A DNA stretch of 63,830 nt, counting the filler, from Hyphochytrium catenoides (lineage: Eukaryota > Protista > Hyphochytriomycota): NCBI GenBank assembly GCA_900088475.1. It is 6 parts of 6 records of this genome, joined end to end, with 100 filler letters (N's around TTAATTAATTAA, not from the genome) between each part and the next. Parts side by side here need not be neighbours in the genome. Positions count along the whole stretch, not along the records: positions 46,185 to 58,224 come from FLMG01000813.1; positions 58,325 to 59,849 come from FLMG01004175.1; positions 59,950 to 62,357 come from FLMG01003590.1; positions 62,458 to 63,830 come from FLMG01004682.1; 2 more parts are not named here. One strand, 5' to 3'. Position numbers and translations under genes: made by a program. This document shows positions 50,193-62,584 of the stretch, in pieces. A model generated the notes under the pieces. The model searched no databases. It saw only the letters and a list, made by a program, of their open reading frames with translations, and was not told the origin of the DNA. Each line of letters opens with the position of its first letter. Position 1 is the first letter of the stretch.

Positions 50193-51073
50193 GCTCTTTC
50201 TTCTTTTTCCTTCTCTCTCTCTCCCTCTCTCTCTTCCTCTAACTCTCCCTCCTCTCTCTCTCCCCTTCTAACCATCCTCTCTTTTCCCGCTTTCCTACAA
50301 CTTTCCTCACTCTCCTAGTACGATTTGTACCCCTTTCCAGACACGCACACCTCGGGTTATATCCAATGGTTCTTCTTCTCTCTCTCGTGCACCAAAGCGG
50401 GAACCGTCTACCGTCTCAACATCCTGAACATGGCCAAACCTTTCTCTCTCTTCTCTTCCGGAATGAGGCCTCTCTCCTATTCTTCTCTCTCCAACCATAA
50501 CAATCAGCAGGAGAAGAAGCGAGGGACAAAGGTCACATCGTCCTCTTCTCTTCTCTCTCATTCTGTCTCTCCTTCCTCCAAGTCTCCTCTGACGGGAACA
50601 AACTTGAGGAAAGAGAGAGGAAGAGAAGGAGAGATGGGAGGAGCAGGAGGAGGAGAGAGCTGGAAGAGAGAAGGCTCCTCAGTGTGCTATTATGAGACGG
50701 AGAGAAAGGGAAAGAGAGTGAACTGTCTCTCTCTCCTCTACACTGCCCGTCACACGGCGGATCGCGTCTACTTCGCGTACTGCTTTCCATACTCTTACTC
50801 TGGCTTAGATGCCTTCCTCAGGTGAGACAGAAGCAGGAGAGAGAAGGAATAGGATAGAAGGGAAGAGAAGAGAGAAGGAGAGAGAGAGAAGGAGAAAGAG
50901 AGGATAGAGCGCGTGGATTGAAGGGAAGAAGCGGATATGAGGAGGAGGAACAAGATAAAGAAAAGAGAGAGAGAGAAGAGAATATTATGCATATTATACA
51001 ATCACTTCAGCTCTTCTCCATCACCATTTACTGCATCCTCTCACTATTCTCTCTCTTCTCTGTCTAACTCTCC

Positions 51074-51113
<40 letters not shown>

Positions 51114-51295
51114 GTTCCTCTCGTCCACGCTCGTGTTCTCTCACTCCCCGGCTCTTTCTTTCAGAACGCGACTCAAACCTCGGGAAGAGTTCTATGTTCG
51201 GAGGGAGGCGTTGGCCTATACTTTGGCGGGAAACAGAGTCGACCTGATCACGGTAAGAAGATAGAGACGAGGGCGCAAGGTGCAGAGAGAGAGAA

Positions 51296-51328
<33 letters not shown>

Positions 51329-52481
51329 AGAGTGAAGATTAAGAGGCGAACGTCACCATCTTTCTCTCTTCCTTGTGTTCCCCTTTCTTGCTGCTTCTCC
51401 CTTTTTCATTCATGCAGTCAGAGACAAATCCTCCTTTGTCTCTTATCCGTTTTTCTCTTCTCTTTCTCCGTCTTCTCCCTTTCTGTCTTTCTCTCCTCCC
51501 TTTCTGTCTTTCTCTCTGTCTTCGCTCTCTCTTACATCTCTTCCCTGCAGATCACAGCGAAAGCGAAGTCGCAAGAAGATCTTCTCTCCCGCCCTTATGT
51601 CATCTTCTCGGCCAGAGTGCATCCGGGAGAGAGTAATGGGAGCTACATCATGCATGGTATGGGAAGAGAAAGAGAGAGAGAGAGAGAGAAGTGCAAGAGC
51701 GGAGAGAAAGGGGCAAAGAAAAGAGTATAGTGGTGGCGCTTCCATATCCTCTCACTTCCTCCCCTTTTAGCCATTGCAAATTCTCTGTTGATCTCCCGCT
51801 GCCTGCACAGTTACCTCCATTTCCCCCGTCGTCTTCACATCTCTCCCTCCCTTTGTCTCCCTCTCTCTCCTATCGCTTTCTCTCTTTCTCTTCTCTCCCA
51901 TACTCCATTTCCCTCCTCTTCCGTTCTCTTCGTTTCTCTCTCTTTCTTCTTAGTCTCAGCCCATCCGGGTGTCTTTTCTATCTCTGGTCTGCCCCTCTCT
52001 CTCTCTCTGTGTCTGCTGTCTCTCGTCTCTGTCTGCTGTCTGTCTCTCTTTCTGTCTCTCCTTGTTGTTTCTCTCTCTCTCTCTCTCTCTCTGTTCTAGT
52101 TTTTTCACTGGTCCTCTGTTTTCCTTGTAAGGCATCATCAACTTCTTGACAAGCTTGCATCCTGAGGCGGTGGAGTTGAGAGAGAAGTTTGTCTTCAAGC
52201 TCGTTCCCATGCTAAACCCAGACGGAGTCGTAGCAGGTGCCTCTCTCTCTCTACCTCTCTCTGTGTGTACCTCTTTCTGTCTCTCTGTCTTTCTCTATGT
52301 ATCTCTCTTCTCTCTCCTCTATTCTTGTCAGTGACAATCTCTCTCTTGCTTTTTGTTCTCTTCCCTCCTTTGATAGACAGTAGTAGGTCTGTTCGAGTTC
52401 ATTCTCTGCCTTCTTCATAACTGACATCTCTCTCTTCTCTCTCCCTCTTCTCTGACATCTCTCTCTTTCTCTTCTCTGGCA

Positions 52482-52531
<50 letters not shown>

Positions 52532-55498
52532 GGTAACTATCGCACCTCACTGGCGGGAGTGGACTTGAATCGGCGCTGGCAGTGCCCAGACCCTGCCCTG
52601 CACCCAGAGATCTTTTACTTCAAATCAATGATAAAGAAGTTGCAAGACACACGGTATACTCTCTCTCTCTCTGTGTGTCTCTCTCTCTCTGTCTCTCTCT
52701 CTGTCTCTCTCTCTCTTGCCTTGCCTGTCCACGGAAAGATTAGACAAAGTCTTGCTCAGCTGGGATTACCGCTGCTAGAGAAAGGCTAGACAGCGCTCTC
52801 TTTGCACTCTCATTTCCTGTTCGTTTTCTCTTCTCTCAGCTCTTTGCTCGAAGGCTCTCTGGACACTCTTGGTTATAGATAGCAGATGTGCGTTCTTCCT
52901 GTTTATGAGCTCGGCTCTCCACGCTCTCTCTTCTCGTTAATCGCTCTCTGTTTTTAACTTTCCCCGATTCTCTCTCTCTCTCTCTCTCTCTCCTTTCTCT
53001 CTCTGTCTTTCTCTCTCTCTCTCCCTTGTTCAGTCGGATCTATCTCTTCTGTGACCTGCATGGCCACAGCAGGCGGAGGAATGTCTTCATCTACGGCTGC
53101 GCAGATAAACCGAATCAACTCCAAAACTTGCCCGTAAGGAGACAACTTCGTAACATGACTTCCCCTCTGTCTCTCTTTCTCTATCTGCGGATCTCTCTCT
53201 CTTCCTTTCCCGCTGTCTCTCTCTCTCTCTTCTCCTCTCAGTCTGCCTGTCTCTCGGCCTCGCTATCTGTCTCTCTCTTTCTCTCCTGCAGGCTTCATCT
53301 CTCTTCTATTTTGCTGAGTAAGCACCGCGGCTGTCATCTCTGAGACATTCTCTCTCTCTCTCTCTTCCACTCTCTCTTGGACGTCCTCTGGCTTCATTGT
53401 GTTCCCAGGCTACGGACGCTCGTGTCTTTCCTGTCCTACTTGCTACTCGATGCCCGTCCTTCTCTCTTTCTTCCTGCTCCTTCAAGGTGCAGAAGAGCAA
53501 GGAAGGGACAGCGCGGGTCGTCCTCTGGAGAGAGCTCAAGGTGAGCGTCTCCCCTCTTTTGTTTCTCTCTTCTTCTTTCGGTACTGTCTTTATCCTGCTT
53601 CCTTAACTCCCCTGTTTGGGTCAGTTCTCTCTCTCTCTCTCTTTTATGTGGCATTCTTCCTCAGTCAAGAAACCTCTTCAGAGATGTCTTCCCACTTCTA
53701 CTGCTCTCTTCTTTTCTCCGTTACAATCTCTCGCTCTTATTCGTTTCTCTCCCTGGCTCCCTCTTGGTCCCCCGCCTTCCCCCTCTCTCTCTCACTCTCA
53801 ATCAAACTCTCTCTCTCTTTCTCTCTCTCCTTCTCTTTCTTTGTGTGTGTCTCTCTTTCTCTCTCTCTCTCTCCCCTGTGATCTCTAACGCTTCTCCTCC
53901 CCCAGGTGGAACGCTCTTACACGCTTGAGGCCTCTTTCCAAGGTGGAGGAGACGGAGGACACTTCTCCGTCAAAGATTTGGAAAATATTGGTGCTAATCT
54001 ATGTGGGACACTTCTCGACCTGGAGAGAGACAGAGAGAGAGAAAAGGCGTTCGATCTCTCTCTTCTTCTCTCTTCATCATCTTCGTCAACTCAGAACAGG
54101 GAGCTAAAAAAGGGGAGAGAAGGCGAGAGAGCGAGAAAGAATGAGGAAGAAGAAGATGAAGGGAGTGACTCTGATCCTTCAGGAGACGAAATGGAGAGAG
54201 AGAACCTTGACCGCGCCATCGTGGAAGCGCATCTCCAGCTTCCAAGTACATTTCTTAAGGAATTGGCAGACAAAGTAAAGAGGGAGAGAGAGTCAAAGAA
54301 GAAGAAGAAGAGAAAAATGGGAAAGTCAGGGGATGGAAAGAGTCTCTCTCCTGGCTCAGCCTTGCACTCTCCCCCAATGGCAGCTGCAGAAGAGACTGTC
54401 AGCTCTGAGATAAGGAGAAAGATGACGGAAGAGCAGCTTCTCTCTCTCTCACGCGCCAAGCTGCGTAAGAACCTGAGGGCCGTGATGGCCGCGGTGATGG
54501 TGGCAGGAAGAGGAAAGAAAGTGCAGAAATTGCGACATAAAGCAGAAGAGAAAGCTCGTCCATCGCGGGCTTCTCCCTCTCCTTCTCTCCCCTCCCGGCC
54601 TGCTAGCAAGTCCCTCTCTCTCTCGGCCCATCGTGTCAACGTCACGAAAGAAAACAAGGCAAAGGCAAGAGTCAAATCTTCTCCTGGGTTAGCCAAAAGA
54701 GTGAAGCAGCAGGTCGGAAGAAGAGAAGAGGAAGAGAAAAGAGAGCGTCCTGCTGCAGAGAGAGAAGAGAGAAGAAAGTCGACGACGGGAAGGCCAGTGG
54801 CCTCGAGAGAGAAGGTTCCTGCTCTCCGCCGTGTGAACAACCAAAATCTCTTTCTCTCCTCAGCCTTGCTCTCTCCCGCTGCTGAACCTTCGTCCTCAGC
54901 CAGGAAGCTTGGGGGAAGAGAGGAGGAGGACGAGGAGGAGGGAGAAGACGAGGAGGAAGAGAGAGAGAGAAAACCTTATGAAGGTCAGGGATATGGGAAA
55001 GTGCCTTTCTCTCTTCGGAGTTGCCCCAGACTTAACCTTGGCGCCCTACCTCCGAACTCGTCTCTCTCTTCTGGAAAGACAGAATACGTTCACTTCGTGA
55101 ACGCGGCAGCACTGACAGAGAGAAAGAATGGCCCTGTTTCTCCACAGAAGACAGAGAGAGAAAAGATTCAAACGTCACGTGTAGAAAGAGAGAGAAGTCC
55201 GCGCCAGAGTATAGAGAGAAATGGGGAGCCAGAGAAGGAGAGAACAAGCAAAGACGTCAAGACTGTAGGGTCTTCTCCAATGTCTGATCCACTCTGCCAG
55301 AAGAAAGAAGAAAAGGAAGAGAAGTCACACATCTCTCTCTCTGTTTCTCGGCTCTCCCTCTCTTCTCTGGTCCCACTCACTGAGGGCCAAGTTGCCTCTC
55401 TCNNNNNNNNNNNNNNNNNNNNNNNNNNNNNNNNNNNNNNNNNNNNNNNNNNNNNNNNNNNNNNNGGTCCAACAGGAGTGACAAGAAAGAACAAATAA
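48541..55498 (+). CDS. Cytosolic carboxypeptidase (M14 CCP/AGBL/Nna1 tubulin deglutamylase family), multi-exon with long low-complexity termini
   Basis: FDSHFEGGNL, QWFFF, YFAYCFPYSYS, TLAGNRVD, SARVHPGESNGS, LVPMLNPDGV, GNYR...DLNRRW, CDLHGHS, KEGTARV, SYTLEASF. Start tentative; an N gap lies in the last exon. Confidence 0.9.
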
Positions 55499-57511
55499 GA
55501 GAGAGAGAGAGAGAGAGAACGAAGAGAGAGAGAGCATAACAAAGAGAAAGAGAGGGGAAGTGACCGAGAGAGAATGGGCATACCCTTCATCTCTCTGACG
55601 ACTAATAAAAGGCCCGCCTATATATATAGACTTAAGCATAAACGCAGCTACCCGCGGCTGCTCTCACTTCTTCCCCCATTTCTCTCTTTCTCTCTCTCTC
55701 TCCAAATCTCAGCCGTCCTTAGGGATGAAACGATACCCTCCAGGAAGAGGAGAGAGAAGTTCAGAGAGACAACGAGCGTTAGACTATGCCACCCGCCCGT
55801 GCAAATGAGGCTAGAGACGAAAGGCAGGACGTTCATGAGAAGAGAAAGGAGAGAAAGTCGACAAAGTCTCGAGGGAGACACTGTTAGCCGAGAAACGCAA
55901 TGATCTCTGTTTGGCAAGGCGCCAGCACTGTCCCCATTTCATTGATCGTCAGGAGAGAAGATGAAGGGTTCGAACGCCAAAGAAAAGCCCTCCGAGCTCA
56001 CTGCTCATGGATGCGCGGCTACTGCGTGGGCTGTCTCTAAAACTAGCCTTCACTCTCAGACTTCTTCAACCTTCTAGCATGTCTTGACCATTCTCGCCTC
56101 CTCGCTCGTCCCGACAGAGCTGGACGATCAGGGGCGCAGGACCATAAGAGACTGTTAAGGCCGTGCTTCCCTTCTTCTGCTTTGTTTCCGCGTCAGGCTC
56201 CGTCGTCAAGTGCCTTCTTGCTTCTTCCTCTGATGCCCTTTTCGGAGAGTTCCTCATTAGGTCGCTGTCATAAGGGGCTGGGCCCTTTATCTTCTTCTTA
56301 CGCTCCTATTCTTTTCTCTTCGTGCTCTTCTCCTCCTCGTCCGAGGATTGTCCACGGTCAAGGCAATCTACGTGAAGGGGCAACAGCTCAGAGATCTTCT
56401 TGTCTGCGTCGTCTCCTAGGGTTATTAAAGGAGAGAATTGTGTCTCCCTCCGGTCGTTTGAATAACTCCTCTTCTCTCATGCTCTGCCCCTTAGCAGGAC
56501 ATTGTTGACTCTCTACTTGGTCAGTCTCCAACGCGTTTGCGGCGCGGAAGATTGGTGGTCAATCATATCTGCGCCATTCGCAGATCCTTCCCAGGTGCTC
56601 GCCTTCACCGTCGCTTTTCATAAGCAACGTAGGCCTGTAGCGACTCTCCTTATCTTATTTGCAGGCCGAGGAGCTCACGTCCTAACCCTTGATGCTTGGA
56701 ATGGAGAAGGGGCTAGCCAGAGAAAGGTTGTGGATGATGCAGCTATCGTGGACTACCTACTCCAGGGCATCAGACCCACAGTTCCATCACATTGCAGACT
56801 CCGTTGAGACTCAACAAGAGCTTACTTATAACCCTCGTGCCACAAGAAAGCGAAAGAAGCAGCCGCCATAGGATTGTATAGGAGAAAATCTCTGCCTGGC
56901 GTCGGAAGCTCTGTCTCAACGCCGATCGGAGATCAGAAATCCAATAAGAAATCTTCATCAGAATGGTTGTAGCAACGCCAAGAGAGAACGTTAGCGGCTA
57001 CCTGAGAGGGATTCTATGGCTTGTCAGCAACTCATTCTTCTCTCTCTTTCTTTCTCTCTCTCTCTNNNNNNNNNNNNNNNNNNNNNNNNNNNNNNNNNNN
57101 NNTCTCTCTCTCTCTCTCTCCAGTTCTGCTTGTTGGCTTCCTTGTCCTCTTCATCTATCTTTGCCTCTTCCTCTCCTGCCTTGTTAGATCGAGCTGAGAC
57201 ACGCTCAGTTGTTCCCTCTCTTGGGCTCGGGAACTTCTTTGACTCAGCTATATATCTCGTCATCACATCATCAAGTCAGACGACAGGGAGAGCGAGAGCG
57301 GAAGAGCTTGGCAAACGAGAGAAGAGAGAGAGAGAGAGAGACAGAGAGAGAGAGAGGGAAAGGCACCCACGCAACGAGAGGGCTAGGAATCATCGGGAGT
57401 AGTCTGTCCATGGGCAACTGGGACAGGCTATGCTTCTCTTCTGAGAAGAATTGAGGTCTGAAGACGCAGAGAGGTGAGAAGAGCGTAGCCACCGCGGCCA
57501 GATCTTACGAG

Positions 57512-57564
<53 letters not shown>

Positions 57565-57576
57565 CAGAAAGGAAGG

Positions 57577-57680
57577 ATGAGTGTCCGAAGCATTACGGGT
57601 GAGGCTCATTACTTTGAGGAGAACCTGAACATTGAGCGCATAAAGAAGTTGCTGGACAATAAGATTGGAGACGCAGGTTC
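57577..57680 (+). CDS. Probable first exon of AP-3 complex beta subunit (truncated)
   Basis: MSVRSITGEAHYFEENLNIERIKKLLDNK resembles beta-3 adaptin N-termini. Followed by a CT-rich intron and the scaffold end. Short match only. Confidence 0.4.
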
Positions 57681-57775
57681 GTGGACGGGAAGCTTTCTGT
57701 CGCTCTCTTCCTCTGTCGTCTCATGCTCTCTTCCTCCCCGACCACCTCCAACCTTCATGTATGGGCCGTTGTTGC

Positions 57776-57820
<45 letters not shown>

Positions 57821-58224
57821 ACTCTCGCTCTCTCACTCTCGCTCTCTCTCTCTCGCTCTCTCGCTCTCCCTCTCGCTCTCTCGCTCTCGCTCTCGCTCTC
57901 TCTCTCTCTCTTCTTGGGAGTGCTTAGGTTCTTAAGGTCCTCACCTTCTTGTGCCTCCATGGTTCTCGTCAACCGTTGATGCTCACCGCCTCTTGTCTTT
58001 CTCACTTCCCTTCTCTCTTCCCCTTTTTTCTCCTTCGCTTTCTCTCACTCTTCTCCTCCTTTCCCTTCTGTCTCTGTCTATCTCTGTCTCTCTCTCGTTT
58101 TCTGTCTTCTCTTGCTCTCGAACACACCTCTCTCTCTCTGTCTCTGTGTGTGTCTCTCTTCCTGTGACCTCTCTTCCGGTCCTCGCTATCTGCACACCTT
58201 TCTTTTTCCTCTCTCTCTCTCTCT

Positions 58225-58324
58225 NNNNNNNNNNNNNNNNNNNNNNNNNNNNNNNNNNNNNNNNNNNNTTAATTAATTAANNNNNNNNNNNNNNNNNNNN
58301 NNNNNNNNNNNNNNNNNNNNNNNN
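58225..58324. other. Artificial scaffold linker
   Basis: N44-TTAATTAATTAA-N44. Confidence 0.97.
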
Positions 58325-58989
58325 AAAGAGGGATGTGAGAAGAATTTCCAGAAGAACACACGAGCAGCACTGGAGAGAGAGATGATGAGGGAAGCTGGGC
58401 CGAGCAAAGATCTCGAGTCCAGACCAGGCTCTCAGGACTGAGTGATGATTCATAGAAATCTCCATCACACATCAATACCAAGTCCCTTTCTTATCGCTTC
58501 ATCTAGATTGTGCTCATACAGAAGCTTCAGGCATTGCCACCCAGCTCTGTAAAGTGCATCAGGTTATGTTAGGCCCACACTCGCACTTGCTCGTGACTGT
58601 TGCTTCTCCTCTTCTCACTTGAGCTGCTAGAGTGACGATCCTGTTGTTGGATTTGTATGGGATGATTGGACAATGTCATTAGATGAGAGTGCTCTACTTA
58701 TAAGCCCAACTGAGGTCCCATAATCTAGAGCTATTCTGACTATGCCAACTATTCCTAATATAGTCTAAGATATTCAGTCATAGAGAAATCCCTGTCTAGA
58801 ATAGTCAGTTCTGGAGGTATCCTGGGGTACTGACCATAACCATAGATATCAACAGGGACATTTCGTTTGCTTCATATCTCGGCTTCTACTGGGAGTTTAG
58901 AGCTGAAACTTGGGTAGTTAAGCTTGCCAGCTTGTAGTCCACATAGCTGTGCCCTCAGACTCCAACACCTGTCGCATACAATATCAAAG

Positions 58990-59849
58990 GAAGGCGGAGT
59001 TCATCCGCACAATATCGCTGTTCTACACAGCAAGGACCAGTATTCTATCTGGTCAAGCCGGGTTCGAAGTTACCTGGATGAGTTAGACCTTCTCGTCCAC
59101 ATCATCGAGGATGAGAGTCAGACACTGCTGGCTGATGGCAAAGACCCGCTCACCAGTAAGGATTACAGAGACAAGCAAGAAGAACTGGAAGAAGAATGAT
59201 CGGAAGACCATCAACAAACTGGTTCCCCTAGTCTCTGATGAGCTCCTGTCGCTGCTGGAAGGGCAAGATTCAGCGTACGCGGGATGGCTCAAACTACAGG
59301 AGCAGATGGATGGAAAGGAAGGGGACAACGTCCTCAGGCGTCTTCAGGAGATCACCAACTCCAGGTTTGATTCTGGAGGCACCACCTCTCTGAGATCCCA
59401 CCTGATGTGACCACCCTGAAACAGAGGACAGAGGCTCTAAAGGATATCTTCGAAAAGAGAAAGAAGAAAGAGAACCAGCAGGACATCTATGAGACAATCC
59501 TGATCTCTTCAATTCTCCTCCAAAGCCTCCCTCCGTCCTTTGGCTCTATAGTGAGCCACCTGTACGTCCTAGGGACTTCCTCTCTTCCTGCAAATGAGGT
59601 CATCGACCGTATTATGGCTGATGAACAACAGAGAAGAGTGTCTAGCTCTGTGCACTTCCCGGATACTCTACCTTCTTCAGAGATAAATGCTCTCTCTACA
59701 CCAGGGGAAAGGAGAAGGGAAGATCCCCCAAAGCAGCGAAGACAGGAGAAACCTGCGCGTGGTAGCAGGCAGTGCGGCATCTGCCGGAAAAAGGGACATA
59801 TCAGCGCAGACTGCTTCGAGCTTCCAGAGAATGCTGCGCGCAGGCCATC
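58990..59849 (+). mobile_element. Ty1/copia gag remnant (UBN2-like domain plus zinc knuckle), two frameshifts
   Basis: QYSIWSSRVRSYL, WKKNDRKTINKL...SAYAGWLKL, ILLQSLPPSF, and CCHC knuckle CGICRKKGHISADC (59773-59814), split over three consecutive ORFs. Confidence 0.85.
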
Positions 59850-59949
59850 NNNNNNNNNNNNNNNNNNNNNNNNNNNNNNNNNNNNNNNNNNNNTTAATTA
59901 ATTAANNNNNNNNNNNNNNNNNNNNNNNNNNNNNNNNNNNNNNNNNNNN
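59850..59949. other. Artificial scaffold linker
   Basis: N44-TTAATTAATTAA-N44. Confidence 0.97.
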
Positions 59950-60289
59950 GAGAGAGAGAAAGAGAAAGAGAGGGAGGAAAAAGAGAAAAGAGAGGAGAAA
60001 GAGAGGGAGTGAGGGTATAAAAAAGAGAGGGGAGAGAGGAAGAGGACGAAGAAAAAGACGGAAGAAAGAGGGAGAGAGGAGAGGGAGAGCGGAGGAGGGA
60101 AAGGAGAGGAGAGGGAGAGTGGGAGGGAGAGAGAGGGTAAAGAAAAATGTTAGCGATAAGAGAAGTCCGTAGACTGAAGGGGAGAGAGGAGGAGGGCAAA
60201 GAGGGATGGAAGAGCAACTAGGGGAGAAAGAAAGAAAGAAAAAGCAAAGGAGAGAAAGGGCAAGAGAGAGAAGAAAAGGGATGACACCA

Positions 60290-60379
<90 letters not shown>

Positions 60380-60541
60380 GGAGAGAGAGAAACGACAGCA
60401 AGCAGGGTACATCGAAGGGAGCGGAACAGTTAATAAGGGACAAAAATGAACGAAGAGAAACAGCAAAAGAGTAACAAAAGCCATAAGGAAGGAGAGAGAG
60501 GAGAATTTTAGAGAGAGAGACGAACAACGACAGGGTCCTTA

Positions 60542-60578
<37 letters not shown>

Positions 60579-60582
60579 TGAC

Positions 60583-60916
60583 CTTGGCTCCATGTGCCTT
60601 ACAGACTCCTCCCTTGACGGAGACTCTGACACAATCAGAAACACTGCATGGCCGCCTGCTACTGGTGTACTGGGGAGGGAGAGAGACTTCTGTAGTAGAA
60701 GAGAGAGAAACCCACTTCTGGAAAGGGAAGGAAGGGATAGAGAGAGAGAGAGGAAGAGGAACACCGAGAGAGAGAGGATGGTAGAGAAAGAGAGAGGGAG
60801 AGGGAGGGAGATGAAGAAAGAGACCGAGAGAGAATGATAGAATGAGGGCGGGAGGTGGAGAGAGAGAGAGGCAGAGTGGAGAGAAGGGGAGGCGGAGAGA
60901 GAGAGAGAGAGAGAGA

Positions 60917-60969
<53 letters not shown>

Positions 60970-61271
60970 AGAGAGAAGGGAAGAGGAGAGAGAGAGAGAG
61001 AAAAGAGAGAGAAGTGAAGAGGAGAGAGAGAGAGAGGGAGCGAAGGGGAAGGTGGAGAGAGAAACAAGGAGAGAACGAGCGAAGGAGGGAGAGAGAGAGA
61101 AAAGAAGGAGGAGGGGGCGAATCAGTCGATACAAAGACGATGACGACAAGAGTGATTATCGGTACACAGATGCGAGATAGGAAGTATTGAAATGGGAGAG
61201 AGAAAGAAAGAAAGGGAGAAAGACATAGAGATAACTGGCAAAAAGAAACGCCAGTAAAGATAAAATCATCG

Positions 61272-61311
<40 letters not shown>

Positions 61312-61928
61312 CTCGCTCTCTCTTTCTCTCTCTCTCTCTTTCTCTTACCGGCGCGGGGGCGTGGTCAAGACAACGGCCTCGCTTCACGGCAAACTTTTTA
61401 CATCCGTCCGCCTTACATCTCTTAGCAGTGTTGCCATGAGAGACGCACATGCCGCCTACAGGAGAGAGAGAGGGAGAGAGAGAGACCGGAGTTGTGAGAA
61501 AATAGAGAGGGAGACAGATAACATATATGAGAGAGAGAGGGGGGGGGAGGAGAGAGAGAGAGGGAAAGAGAGGGAGAGAGAGAGACACTGAGAGATAGTG
61601 AAGAGAGAGAGACGGGTCGAGGAGAGAGAAAAAAATGAGAGAAAAAGAGAGAGACAGAAAGAGAGAAGAGAGAGAGAGAGAAAAAGAAAGAGAGGGAGAG
61701 AAAAGAGAGAGAGGGGGGGTCGAGGAGAGAGAAAGAGAGAGAGAAGAAGAAAGAGAGGGAGAAAAAGCGAAAGAGGGAGAGAAAAAGAGAGAGAGAGACC
61801 TCGCACAGAGTGTTTTTCGCATCCTTTGACGGCACAGCTCGGGACCTTGGCTCCATGAGTTAGGCAGCGTCCGCCCCTGACAGCGTAGCGGTCACAGCCA
61901 ACCGTAGAACAACGGCGGACGGGAGCAC

Positions 61929-61982
<54 letters not shown>

Positions 61983-62357
61983 AAGAAAGAGAAGCGGGGG
62001 AAAAAGTGGAGCGAGAGAGAAGAGAGACAAAAGGGGTGTGTTGTGTATGTGAGGGGCAAGGAGAGAAAAACCAAGGAGAAGATGAGTTCGGTGTTGGGGG
62101 TTTTGAAAGCGGGAAAGCGAAAAGACAAAGAGAGAAGCAGAGAGAGAGACGAAAGAAGAGAGGGAAGAGAAGAGAAAAGAGAGAGAGGGAGAGAATGTGT
62201 GTGTGTGGAAAGAAAAGAGCGCGACTGGGTCAAGCACTACATGGAAGACCGTATAAGACTGATGAGAAAGAGGAGAGAGAGGGAGGGAGAGAGAGATAAA
62301 AAGAGAGGAGGGGAGAGAGAGAGAGAGACCATGGGCGATGCAAAGTCCTTTCGTCTG
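60583..62357 (-). CDS. Internal exons of a C-x4-C-x9-C-x2-H(G) repeat zinc-finger-like protein ('WRKY19-like' repeat type)
   Basis: Phase-consistent exons 62357-62330, 61928-61800, 61455-61349, 60669-60583. They encode GLCIAHG, CSTVGCDRYAVRGGRCLTHG, CAVKGCEKHSVRGGMCVSHG, CKADGCKKFAVKRGRCLDH and CSVSDCVRVSVKGGVCKAHG. Confidence 0.85.
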
Positions 62358-62457
62358 NNNNNNNNNNNNNNNNNNNNNNNNNNNNNNNNNNNNNNNNNNN
62401 NTTAATTAATTAANNNNNNNNNNNNNNNNNNNNNNNNNNNNNNNNNNNNNNNNNNNN
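62358..62457. other. Artificial scaffold linker
   Basis: N44-TTAATTAATTAA-N44. Confidence 0.97.
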
Positions 62458-62584
62458 TGTCTCTCTCTGTCTCTCTCTGTCTCTCTCTGTCTCTCTCTGT
62501 CTCTCTCTGTCTCTCTCTGTCTCTCTCTGTCTCTCTCTGTCTCTCTCTCTCTGTGTCTCTCTCTCTGTCTCTCTCTCTCTCTCT
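62458..62584 (+). repeat. (TGTCTCTCTC)n decamer minisatellite
   Basis: About 9 visible 10-nt units. Confidence 0.85.

Noticed and set aside
56500-56960. ORF 56502-56807 and neighbours
   Set aside because: No recognisable motif, non-ATG start, likely relic.
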